Source: Tetramitus jugosus
Lineage: Eukaryota > Protista > Heterolobosea
Length of the DNA: 64,000 bases
Assembly: GCA_937625935.1 (NCBI GenBank)
Contig: OW569395.1
Coordinates: forward strand, 62,001 to 126,000
Reading direction: 5' to 3'
The translations under genes were made by a program, and so were the position numbers. This document shows positions 1 to 9,833 of this stretch, piece by piece. Below the pieces are notes generated by a model. The model saw only the letters and a list, made by a program, of their open reading frames with translations, did not search any database and was not told the origin of the DNA. The number at the start of each line of letters is the position of its first letter. Position 1 is the first letter of the stretch.

Positions 1-16
1 GGCGGACACGGCGTAC

Positions 17-1039
17 ATGTTGATTCTAATGAATAACACGAGTATAACACTGCTCATTCATCCAAATATTCAGAATGCACACTCAAACTCGAGGGCATTC
101 ACTCCCAAAGACAGAGGAAGGATTCGATTCGGTGAGATGAACAATCAGAACGTACTCTTCTCTGAATTGTTTCAAATTCCAACTCGTTCTTTTCACACTG
201 TAGTGCACCGAAATGATGGGACCGCTGCAACAATTGTGACAAAAGATTTTCGTTTAAATTATGAGATTGCGACGCCAGCTTTGTTACGAGCGTTGAAGAA
301 GGCAACCGGTTCTAAGAATCGCTCATCAAAGTTCAAAATTGGCAACTGTCAGACCTCAAAACTACAAACAGAGAGTCTACAAGCAGAGCAGAAATCGAAA
401 CGGCTCATGGAATGTATGACGGAGCATTTTCGGACCAATACCAAGTTAGTTGCTCTGCATCAACTGTGGATAAAGAACGTGGGCCTTGAGAATGTTCCAG
501 ATATTCAACCATCTCTCTATGAAATGATATGGTCCACATTTCATACTCAGAACAATATTGATATCACGGAATCAACCATCATGATTCATCTAAGATTAAG
601 AGACTTTCAGAAATTTTGTAAATATCGGGATTGCTGGTTCGAGATGGCAGAGGTAGAACCTCATATTCTCCAACTACAACACACCACAGGAGCTAAACAC
701 GTCATTATCATGACCAATCCCATACCGGAAAACGAGAGAGAAAGCGATCCTACCTATGCTGTCGTACAGAAACATCCTGACTGGTTCATGAGTATGGATA
801 TTATTGAACAGAGTGAGACTATTCCATCGAGGATGAAGCAAGATATCAATGCGTTTCTCGTACTGGAAATGGCCGCTGCTATTTCTTCGAAATACTTTGT
901 TGGAAACGCCTTTTCGACTGTTGCTCGAACGATAGCACATCTTCGAAAACGACAGAATAAGTCTCAAGAAAGCGCCATCAGCTTCCCAACACTGGTGAGG
1001 AAAACAGGATGCTTGAACTGTGCAGATCTCTTTGTATGA
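17..1039 (+). CDS. O-fucosyltransferase-like glycosyltransferase (POFUT/GT65-68-like), probably 5'-incomplete
   Basis: 340-aa ORF with IHLRLRDF and C-terminal 'SSKYFVGNAFSTVARTI' motifs typical of GDP-fucose-binding O-FucT domains. Confidence 0.6.
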   Translation: MLILMNNTSITLLIHPNIQNAHSNSRAFTPKDRGRIRFGEMNNQNVLFSELFQIPTRSFHTVVHRNDGTAATIVTKDFRLNYEIATPALLRALKKATGSKNRSSKFKIGNCQTSKLQTESLQAEQKSKRLMECMTEHFRTNTKLVALHQLWIKNVGLENVPDIQPSLYEMIWSTFHTQNNIDITESTIMIHLRLRDFQKFCKYRDCWFEMAEVEPHILQLQHTTGAKHVIIMTNPIPENERESDPTYAVVQKHPDWFMSMDIIEQSETIPSRMKQDINAFLVLEMAAAISSKYFVGNAFSTVARTIAHLRKRQNKSQESAISFPTLVRKTGCLNCADLFV

Positions 1040-1510
1040 TTGAGCGTTCAGGTGATCTCCAGTGTGTATTGTATTAAAAAATTAGAAGAATTTGTTATAA
1101 TTGGCCCTGATTATCAGTACACTATGTCTCAATTAAGTCCGTAGAGAGTCATTGCTTTTGTTTCTCTTTGGATGATGGGGCTAGCGAAAGTCGCTAAGTC
1201 GCCCACGCCAATAGTTTTGATAAATTTTCTTTTTTTTTTTTTTTTTTTTTTAAATACAACCAGTTTCGGTTGCTCACTTTATTGTCTATTGTTTTCTTCA
1301 GCCATCGCTCTTCGAGCGATGGCCCTTGGTCACCTGATTAATTCTCAATGGCGCTCGCAGAGCGTCATTGCTGTTTCGCTTTTGTTGTGGTGAAGAGGTG
1401 AAGGAGTGTCGTAAGACATCTCCGTTTCACCCCATTCACATAAATTCTTGCTTATATAGTTTTGATAAAAATAGGTTTTTAAGGGTCGTGAAGAGTTAAT
1501 GGATATCCAA

Positions 1511-1584
1511 GCAGGCTTAGTTCAGTCGGTTAGAACGTAACGTTTACACCGTTAAGGTCATGAGTTCGATTCTCATAGCCTGTA
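1511..1584 (+). tRNA. tRNA-Val(TAC)
   Basis: Cloverleaf: acceptor GCAGGCT/AGCCTGT, D stem GTTC/GAAC, anticodon stem TAACG/CGTTA with loop TTTACAC, T arm ATGAG-TTCGATT-CTCAT; T5 Pol III terminator just downstream. Confidence 0.92.
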
Positions 1585-1652
1585 AAGTTTTTCGTTCCGT
1601 TTTGACCAAGATTTCCCCTCACACAATCAGAACCTACAAAAGAAAAGCAGTC

Positions 1653-1772
1653 ATGACTCAGCAATGCTATTGGCAAGAAGTCATCGTGCCAGATGGCATG
1701 AAATATTACTATAATGCCGCAACACGCATGACTCAATGGGACAAACCACAAGAGCTCATTGATTATGAACGT
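1653..1772 (+). CDS. WW-domain-encoding exon
   Basis: MTQQCYWQEVIVPDGMKYYYNAATRMTQWDKP matches the WW consensus (W..YYYN..T..TQW..P); followed directly by a GTATGT donor at 1773. Confidence 0.7.
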
Positions 1773-1880
1773 GTATGTGTGTCTCTTTTTGTTGTTAACA
1801 ATTGTGTTTGGTCTGATTTGACCGTCTAGCCAGGCAGCTAGTTCATTTCTCAAGAACCTATAATTGACTATTTCTTCAAG

Positions 1881-2588
1881 ATGTTGTTCACGCAACCTAC
1901 TGTTGTTCAAAACAATCCACAACAACAACAAACAATGACATCTTCTTCTTCACTAAGTGAAAAAGAAGAAGAATTGATTGAACGTTTCACAGAGAATGGT
2001 GAACCAACCGGAGAAGCCATTCCAAGATCTCAGATCCATGCTCAAGGCATCTGGCACAACACGATTACGGTTTGGGTCGTTGTAAACTCATCGGAAAAAA
2101 TGAAGAGCGGACAAATGCTCATACAAAAAAGAAGCGCCAATAAAGACAGTCATCCAAACAAGTGGGATGCGAGCTGTGCAGGTCATATTTCCTTTGGACA
2201 GACTCCATTGGAAGCTGCTGTAAGAGAATTGGAGGAAGAGCTAGGATTGACTGCTTCGAGCGAACAGTTAACTTACTTGATGCGCACCAAGATTCAAGTC
2301 GTTCTGAACAATGGAAGCTTCATTGACAATGAATGGATGGATGTTTATTTGTTGGAGATTGAGGATGATTTGGATCTTTCTACACTGCGTCTACAGGAAG
2401 AAGAGGTGAGTGATGTTGCACTGGTTCACCACAGTCTGTTGAAGGAGCTCTATGAGCAAAGAGATGAACGGTTGGTGTGCTGTGTCAACTCTGATGATTC
2501 AAGGTTGTTGTGGTCAAAGATTGCTCAAAAGTTTCCAACGACCAACGAAGATGGTTGGTCACCAAGTCTACCTGTCAATTTTGTCTGA
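1881..2588 (+). CDS. Nudix hydrolase (IPP-isomerase-like subfamily); start may be 1934
   Basis: Nudix box GHISFGQTPLEAAVRELEEELG, plus IQKRS..K..HP..WD and GIWH motifs. Confidence 0.88.
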   Translation: MLFTQPTVVQNNPQQQQTMTSSSSLSEKEEELIERFTENGEPTGEAIPRSQIHAQGIWHNTITVWVVVNSSEKMKSGQMLIQKRSANKDSHPNKWDASCAGHISFGQTPLEAAVRELEEELGLTASSEQLTYLMRTKIQVVLNNGSFIDNEWMDVYLLEIEDDLDLSTLRLQEEEVSDVALVHHSLLKELYEQRDERLVCCVNSDDSRLLWSKIAQKFPTTNEDGWSPSLPVNFV

Positions 2589-2950
2589 ATAATTATTGTT
2601 GTGCAAGTTCACACAAACTTGTTTTGTACAGTGTTGATGGCTTACTACATTCGTTGTTTGGTCTTTTTTTACAATTCCTTGATCATCATTCTCTCGGAAG
2701 GAGACTGACCATTTCAGGAAAAAGTCCAACAAAACTCCGACATGGAGGACGAAAATTTGGCACAGATCCTTACATGGTACTATGCCTCAATTTCTCCGTG
2801 ACGTTGATCTGATAATCATGTCATTGACGCATCTGTGCAGATGACGCGCAGCCTTATCTCCTTTCCCTTCCTCCAGCACATCGCAACAAACAACAAACAG
2901 CATCCCATTGACAAAACTATATATCAAGAAGCTTTCTGAAGCAAAAGTCG

Positions 2951-4798
2951 ATGATGAGTCGTACGAGTAACAGTTACAGTTGGAGTCGACAGCTAGATCA
3001 GGTGTTGTCTTGGAATGATGGATGGAATGACCTGTACAACTACACAATGCCCAATGGAAAGGTTGTTGAACTGAAAAGGTAATTCTAGAGTTTTAGAGTT
3101 TGAATTTTGAGATTGTTCAATGTGAAGACACACAATATCTAAACATGTATGTTTTGTGATGATAGAGATTCACTGAGTGCTCCTATTGTGGCCTGGATCT
3201 TCATTGGTATATCTGGCCTCATATTACCTGGGTTGATCGCTCTATTGATATGGAGAAGAAATATGCAACCTATTAAGGCCAGAAGCGCTCTATTGATGAT
3301 TATGAGTGTCATTGCTCAGTTTTTAGTGTTTCTAACAACATCGAGTATGTACTCGTCGTTTTCTGGTGGTGTTTGGAAGCCAGCCACAAACTTTTACTCA
3401 CACAAAAGAAATCTTCACTTTGCTACTTCAGTTCGGTTGGGAGCAGGAAGATGGAGATATCCATGTTTCTTGTACACTATCGTCTTTTCTATTCTCGTGC
3501 CCAGTATTTTCCTGCCTTCAATCTTCCGTATGTGGCGCTTGTTCTTCATATTCAGAATCAGTCAGATGAAGACCAAGTTAGCAGGGTACAAGCAACAGCA
3601 ACAGCAATACCAACAACTGTTGAAGCGACAGTCCATGTATGTAATGAGTGGATCACCAATAGCAGCAGACCTCGACTCCAAATCGGATCTTGATAAGAAG
3701 GTACAACAAGAAATGGTTGATTTCACTGATCCGGATTTGATGTCCTATACGAGTCAAACACAACTGTCAACCATGGGAAACGATTATGGCTATAGCAAAA
3801 AGGAAGCTCGTTCTTTTGCGATTCAGAAATTTCTCTTCTCGAATCATTTCTTGGTGCTCATGCTGCTACTAGTGATAGTCATTCATGCTATCATTTGGAT
3901 TATTACATTGTTCGTGCCTTATTCCGAATTGAAAAATCTGAAGGATTTGTTTGCTTTTCGGTTTGCATGTGTCTCTGATATCCCTAGAACAATTGTAATT
4001 GGTGTCCAGATTGTGTTTTATTTGCTTATCGAGGCAGTGTTATTGGCCATGTTGTACATATTTAAGGTGAATGACAAGTGGGGAGTGCGATTGGAGGTTA
4101 CTATTTCATTGGTTCTTATTGCTATTCCATTTGGTATTGGATTATTGTTGACTGGTTTAGGTGATTATCTCTATGTGAATGGTGAACGATATTTCCCAGC
4201 GGTGAACTATGGACTGATTGGAATGTTTGCTGATCTTCTATGGAGCATCGTATGGCCTCTCGTGCAATCTTTCTTTCCAAAGAATAATCGACAATCATCA
4301 ACTATGAATATCGAAGAGCCAGAGTCACTGTTGAAAGCCGTTTTGGATGATGATGCCTTCAGAGAGATTTATAAGCAGTTTTGTGCCGCCTCGTTAGTCG
4401 TTGAGCCATTGTGCTTCTATGAAGATAACTGTGAGTTTGCTGATCCCAACAACAATAACAACAAGAGCTTGGTGAACGAAGCAAAACAAATTATTGAAAA
4501 GTACTGCAGAGACAACTCACCTCTACTTCTCAATTTACCGAACAAGGAAAGAATGTTGGAACCCATCGAGGCAAAGATTCGGGACTATGAGAAGAGATTA
4601 AAGAGTGAAGCTCAGAATAAGTTTACTATTAGCGGAGAACGATGGGTTGCCCCTGATTTGTTTGCATCGATCAGACTAGCCTGCGTCAACGACATGCACA
4701 GTGATACATTTATTCGATTCAAGTTGAGTCGGGAGTATCAAGCATATCTAAAAGAGAAGCAAAAGTTGGAGAAACAACAGGAACAGTACGGTGTGTAA
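2951..4798 (+). CDS. 7TM-RGS protein; predicted introns 3079-3165 and 3345-3431
   Basis: About 7 hydrophobic segments, QPIKARS motif after TM1, C-terminal RGS box (FREIYKQFC..EPLCFY..LLLNLP..DTFIRFKLSREY). The upstream exon from ATG 2951 splices in frame. Confidence 0.82.
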
Positions 4799-5250
4799 AA
4801 AGAGTTGTAATGTGCACTGTTTGTACAGACGCAACAATGTATTCCGTGTGAATCGACAGCATCATCTGGAAAATTTTGTACAGGAAGAGACATTGGAGCA
4901 ATCACCAAACTCTCATCACTTTCTTTGTCTCATCGCGATGATGGTGTTGCTCAATAAAGAGACCAAACGCTGTGTTTGGTACGATTGTATTTTATCTAAG
5001 GTCTTCTGCTGTTGTTTTACAAGAAACTTCTTGATGTGCACCATCAACGAGCAAAATCTGAGTTGGTAGAATTGTTGACAAGCTGAATTTTTGTTTGGGA
5101 TTGCACACGAAGAGACAAAGGAGATATCAACAATAAGCGATTCACGAAGAGAGCAAAGTTGTGGATCCTAAATATGATGAATTTTACTTTTCAGCTCGAA
5201 GATACAAGGAAAGTAGAATTGCTATTGCAGTCAGACGTACTTGGCGGCAA

Positions 5251-6363
5251 TTAGTTTCTTTGTTCAACCAAGTCAGAGACCTTGACCTTACCAATATAAT
5301 TGTTCAAAACAGAGCCCAAATACAAGTAGCCGTCATGGACATCAGCTTCAGCACATCTAGCAAACAAGGTACCGTTGGCAGATCGAATTTCTTCGAGAAC
5401 TCTGCCCTTGGAGTCAATCTTCTTGACCAAACCAGCAGTATCAATCAAACCCAAAGTGTTCAATGGAGGGATATAAGTCAACGCAAGTTCTTGCAATTTT
5501 GGATAATCCAAAATGGCGCTCAACTCTTCAGAAGTGTAGGAGAAGAGACCAACGTAAAAGTTTCCATTTCCGTCTGGTCTAATATTGTCGTTGTAACCGC
5601 CAATATCTTCCACCATGACTTCATTTTGACCTGCCTTGCGACCCTTCAAGTAATACTTGCGGATTTTTCTAGCGGAACATTCGTTAACCGCCAAAAATTC
5701 TTCATTCTTGCCTACGGCAATACCGTTGGCAAATCTCAAGTCATCAATCTCAACGGTCAATGCACCAGTGGTCAAGTTCAATTTGAACAATCTTCCGTCA
5801 GGCTTGTTGGCAACCACAATGGACACAAAGGACATTCTTGTATACACTTGAGATGTATCAGTAAAGTACAATGTCTTCTCATCATTGGTCAAATACAAGC
5901 TATTGGCCATCTTGAATGGAACACCATTGTAATTGTTTACAATGACTTGAACGTTGGAAGGGTTGGATCTTGGAACTTTGAGAATACCCTTGTAAGCATC
6001 AGCAATCCACAAGTTCTCTGCAGAGTCGAACTCTAGGCCCAACGGTCTACCACACAATGGTTCATTGAGTACGGAGACACCACACTTTGCTCTGTCTTCA
6101 GCAGACAAGTTTGGAACAGAGTAAGCATAAACAGAGATCTGACCAGTGACCTTATCAATCTTTCTAATGGAGCCATCTGCTACACTAGTATAGAGGTTGC
6201 CTGCTTGATCCCAGACAAGGGATTCTGGACCGTTGAGAACACCGAGTCCAATCTTTTCAATGTTATTAAACACTTTGACCTTTGATCGAGTAGCCATGCA
6301 GTAGGAGGCTAGGCACATGAGCAGGGCGCTCAGTACAATGATGGATGATGATACAGATCTCAT
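5251..6363 (-). CDS. Strictosidine synthase-like / APMAP-like secreted beta-propeller
   Basis: Signal peptide; GPES, CGRPLGL, IADAYKG, LYFTD, FANG and DNIR motifs. Confidence 0.9.
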   Translation of the reverse strand: MRSVSSSIIVLSALLMCLASYCMATRSKVKVFNNIEKIGLGVLNGPESLVWDQAGNLYTSVADGSIRKIDKVTGQISVYAYSVPNLSAEDRAKCGVSVLNEPLCGRPLGLEFDSAENLWIADAYKGILKVPRSNPSNVQVIVNNYNGVPFKMANSLYLTNDEKTLYFTDTSQVYTRMSFVSIVVANKPDGRLFKLNLTTGALTVEIDDLRFANGIAVGKNEEFLAVNECSARKIRKYYLKGRKAGQNEVMVEDIGGYNDNIRPDGNGNFYVGLFSYTSEELSAILDYPKLQELALTYIPPLNTLGLIDTAGLVKKIDSKGRVLEEIRSANGTLFARCAEADVHDGYLYLGSVLNNYIGKVKVSDLVEQRN

Positions 6364-6871
6364 GATTGAGTTTTTTTTATATATGTTATTTACAGGGAGG
6401 TGGTTATATAGTTTGTTATATAGATAATTATTTACTTTTGTTGTTTGTTGTTGTGTTGAGAGAAGAGTTTCAAGTTCACACTCGATTCGAACCTCTTTTT
6501 ATAACAGAGAGTTGTGACAACTCTGGTCTCACAGTGACATGAAGTGCATCATCTGTCCTTCTGCTTTGAATTGTTGTAACTTGCGGGTCTCTTGATCCCG
6601 CGGGGGAGAAATAGTGCTGCGGTTCTTTTTCGTGAGTTTCGACCCCAAAAGTTCACTCATCAATCAAATAAACAGCGACGCGTGATTTCTAGAACTTGTA
6701 AACCTTCGTCCTTGGCGAACGATACACAAAAAAAGCAGTCCCGAGTGATGTTTGACGCGTCGCGGAAGCGGATCATCCGTTCCTATCACCCGACTGACAT
6801 CCCCTGTCAACCCGGTTGACATCCCTGTTGTATTAGTCGCAGTTGTGACCGGGCTTCCCTTGTCTCTGAAC

Positions 6872-7621
6872 CTACTTGATTCTTCGCTCCTGCTGAGGAT
6901 TGGCTGACGAGTTGTCAGAGTTGTTAACCATTTCTAGAGTACCTGTCCCATTATCATACGAACTACTGGCGAGTATAATTTGATCCAACGCCGAAGGAAT
7001 TTGTTTGTCAGAACTGCGCCTCTCCAGCCAGAATCTAAATTGGAAAGTCAGATCTTTTGTTTCGTCTCTTTCTTCTTCTTCCTCACGTCCAACGTTGAGG
7101 GAGAGGGGAATATTCAAGGTTACAATCAAAGGTGTCGCATCTCCATTCTGTTCTGTGCATGTGTGAGCACGAATGGGACGAAGTATCATTGATTTTTGGT
7201 TGGGATATGGAAGATTGTCATCCTTTTCTGTACGGTCTCTCTTCCTCGACTTTCCTTTGAACAAGGAACAGTTTTGATGATCAGTCTTTTTTCTAGCCTT
7301 GTCAAATGATGGAAAGTCTTCATTGCATCCATAGCATCGATAAACGTATTCATCTGCCTTGTCTTTATTTCCTCTGACCTTAGTTTTTCCACAGTTTACA
7401 CATAGCTTTTCGATCGAGAGGTTGATCTTGGCTAGAAAGCCCATGGAGGCCTTGTTTCTGTGACAGTTTTCACACTTACTCACATCAGTTCGATTGAATG
7501 AGGTTGGACTCGGTCTCCTATCAGGTGAGTTGCTTATTCTGTTCTCTGGATTTTCATTGGAATGTTGTTGTGGTGGAGGAGTGAACGATCGTTTCATTTG
7601 TTTGTTACTTGGAGGTTTCAT
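6872..7621 (-). CDS. Hypothetical protein with a Cys/His zinc-binding module and basic NLS-like stretch
   Basis: 249-aa ORF; CxxC..CxxC..CxxC..HxxC module also present in the 47415-50834 protein. Confidence 0.65.
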   Translation of the reverse strand: MKPPSNKQMKRSFTPPPQQHSNENPENRISNSPDRRPSPTSFNRTDVSKCENCHRNKASMGFLAKINLSIEKLCVNCGKTKVRGNKDKADEYVYRCYGCNEDFPSFDKARKKTDHQNCSLFKGKSRKRDRTEKDDNLPYPNQKSMILRPIRAHTCTEQNGDATPLIVTLNIPLSLNVGREEEEERDETKDLTFQFRFWLERRSSDKQIPSALDQIILASSSYDNGTGTLEMVNNSDNSSANPQQERRIK

Positions 7622-7815
7622 TCATGAGGCTCGCTGAGTTGTTGGAACCTTTTATTGTGATTAGCACTGTCCATTACAAAAAATATGCAGGTCCCTTTGT
7701 CCTCCTCCAACAAAAATTTTCGGTTCCTGCACTTCTGTCCTCTTTTCCCCGAAGGTGTTCGCAGATCATCACATTAAATCTCCATTTACTGAACTCTGGA
7801 TTATGATGAGGCTCC

Positions 7816-9594
7816 TCAAATCCTACTTCTTACAATTTCCAGCCATTGATCGAATGTAAGACCATCAGGATCAGGTTTTTCTGTTTCTTTTGTTATTCCA
7901 TATTCAGCCAATGTGCTGGTGATAGTGTCCAGAATTAGAGGACAGTTGGTCGCCACCGCATACTTGTGGTAAGCCATGCGCAATGCACTCATATGACAAT
8001 TATGATAATGGTCACTATTGCTGGGAAAGAATAGTGTTGGATCAGCACCACACTCGAGCAACCATCTCACGACAGTTACACCCTTTTCTGTATAGGAAGC
8101 AGCCGATATTAAGTTGAGGAGAGGTGGGAAGCGCTGATAAGACCCAACTACATTTGGATTAGCTCCATTCTTCGCAAGGAATTGAAAAAAGTCGAGGGAG
8201 ACACCACCAGAGATAAGTCTGTCAAATATCGGCAAGTCATCGAGTTTTCCTCCGGCATCCAACAGCAACTCCATGCACTCTATTGCCTGTTGTTCCACTC
8301 TTCGATATCCATCCTCAAATAACAGTAATATGAAAGGATTATCATGTTCATCTTTGACAGTATTTTTCATTCTCAATCCCTGTGAATAAAAGTATTGGAT
8401 CAACTCATATGTTGACCATGATGACTTGGATTTGATGGCAAAACTATAGATCTGATCTGAGAGGGTCGATACATCGATTTCATACCGACTGATGATCGAC
8501 TTGATCCAAGACAGTTCGTAATCCAGAATCGAGTAATAACGATAGTTGTAACGCATTGGACCAGAGTTCAACATAGCTACAATCATTTCTTTTCTATTTG
8601 GCTCGTAAACTTCTTCGATGATAAGGTCAACCATATCTGTGTGGACACTCTCCTTGATGGCCATAAAAAGAGGAAGGATACACGCATCATCTCTCATCTT
8701 ATTTGGATCAAATAACAATTTCCTTTGAGCAGATTTGTCCTGAATAAGACTTTGGTTGTACAAAGGAATAAACGCTTTCAAAATTTTCAAATTTCGAATG
8801 CTAATTACTACGAACAGTGGCATAATGCCATTCCCTTCTCCAGTTGCCTTCACACCATGCTTGTTTACGAGTTGCTCAAGTATTTGAATGATTCTTTGCA
8901 CTAAAGAGTCAGCATCTTCACAGTTGACAAGATCTTCTTTTCGTTTGAAGATTGCATGTAGGAAGGAGGAAATGAAACTTGTTGCATGGCTCTTACCACT
9001 CCATAGAAGCATCTCTTGATGCTCCATTCTCTTCCATTCTCCTTCACTCTTGAACATACTCAAATCATTGTTTACTACAGCTTCTTCAAACAACACAAAC
9101 AACTCTCTTATTGATTTTGCGACCTTCATTCGCTCCACAATAGCATTCATTTGAGATCTCAACTTTCGAACCACCCCAGAAAAGTACAATTGCTTCAAAC
9201 TATGATAAACTGAAAAAGAAGTATGAATCTCTTCATTTTCTACTCTATTCTCTTCTTCCTGCACTCCATTTCCCACGCCACGCTCTTTTCTTTGTCGCTG
9301 GATGCGCAATTGTAATCTTTGTAACAGATTTTCCTGATTCCGCAGTTGACTTTTCAATCCGACAATCACTTTATCATGCTTGTTCTTGCCAGCAGACTCC
9401 TTTTGCAGAAAAGCAATCTCAGCCATCAGGAAATAATTGAGTTGAGTCATCCAGATGAACATGGCACTGTGCGATGTAGTCAATTGACTGTGGAGTGACG
9501 AACATGTGAGAAGCAAAGATCTCACTGAACCAAGACTGAGAAAGGATGAGATGTCAAACAAACAATCGAATGGAAGATGAGCCAACGATGCCAT
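7816..9594 (-). CDS. F-box and ankyrin-repeat protein
   Basis: N-terminal LAHLPFDCLFDISSFLS (F-box); C-terminal FLAKNGANPN and WLLECGADP ankyrin-like repeats. Confidence 0.75.
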   Translation of the reverse strand: MASLAHLPFDCLFDISSFLSLGSVRSLLLTCSSLHSQLTTSHSAMFIWMTQLNYFLMAEIAFLQKESAGKNKHDKVIVGLKSQLRNQENLLQRLQLRIQRQRKERGVGNGVQEEENRVENEEIHTSFSVYHSLKQLYFSGVVRKLRSQMNAIVERMKVAKSIRELFVLFEEAVVNNDLSMFKSEGEWKRMEHQEMLLWSGKSHATSFISSFLHAIFKRKEDLVNCEDADSLVQRIIQILEQLVNKHGVKATGEGNGIMPLFVVISIRNLKILKAFIPLYNQSLIQDKSAQRKLLFDPNKMRDDACILPLFMAIKESVHTDMVDLIIEEVYEPNRKEMIVAMLNSGPMRYNYRYYSILDYELSWIKSIISRYEIDVSTLSDQIYSFAIKSKSSWSTYELIQYFYSQGLRMKNTVKDEHDNPFILLLFEDGYRRVEQQAIECMELLLDAGGKLDDLPIFDRLISGGVSLDFFQFLAKNGANPNVVGSYQRFPPLLNLISAASYTEKGVTVVRWLLECGADPTLFFPSNSDHYHNCHMSALRMAYHKYAVATNCPLILDTITSTLAEYGITKETEKPDPDGLTFDQWLEIVRSRI

Positions 9595-9725
9595 TATTCT
9601 CTTTGTACAAAAGTTTCTTCTGCTGGAAGTTGAATTGGGGAAGTTCTGGGCAAAAAACTCCGGTTCAAACCCAAAAAGGCAATTTTAATTTATCCGACTA
9701 TGAAGAGTGAAACTTGAACAACGGA

Positions 9726-9796
9726 TCTCCTATGGTCTAGTGGTATGATAGCGGACTTTGAATCCGTTGACGGTGGTTCGATTCCACCTAGGAGAA
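9726..9796 (+). tRNA. tRNA-Gln(TTG)
   Basis: Acceptor TCTCCTA/TAGGAGA, anticodon arm GCGGA-CTTTGAA-TCCGT, T arm GGTGG-TTCGATT-CCACC; T5 terminator follows. Confidence 0.92.
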
Positions 9797-9833
9797 CATT
9801 TTTGCTAGACAAATGGAGCTTTTATTTCGCTGG

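Noticed and set aside
1511-1584. tRNA-Val as an organellar insertion (bacterial-like 4-bp D stem)
   Set aside because: It has good Pol III A/B boxes and a T-run terminator, and no flanking organellar genes
5161-6036. 291-aa + strand ORF
   Set aside because: Antisense shadow of the strictosidine-synthase-like gene; no motifs
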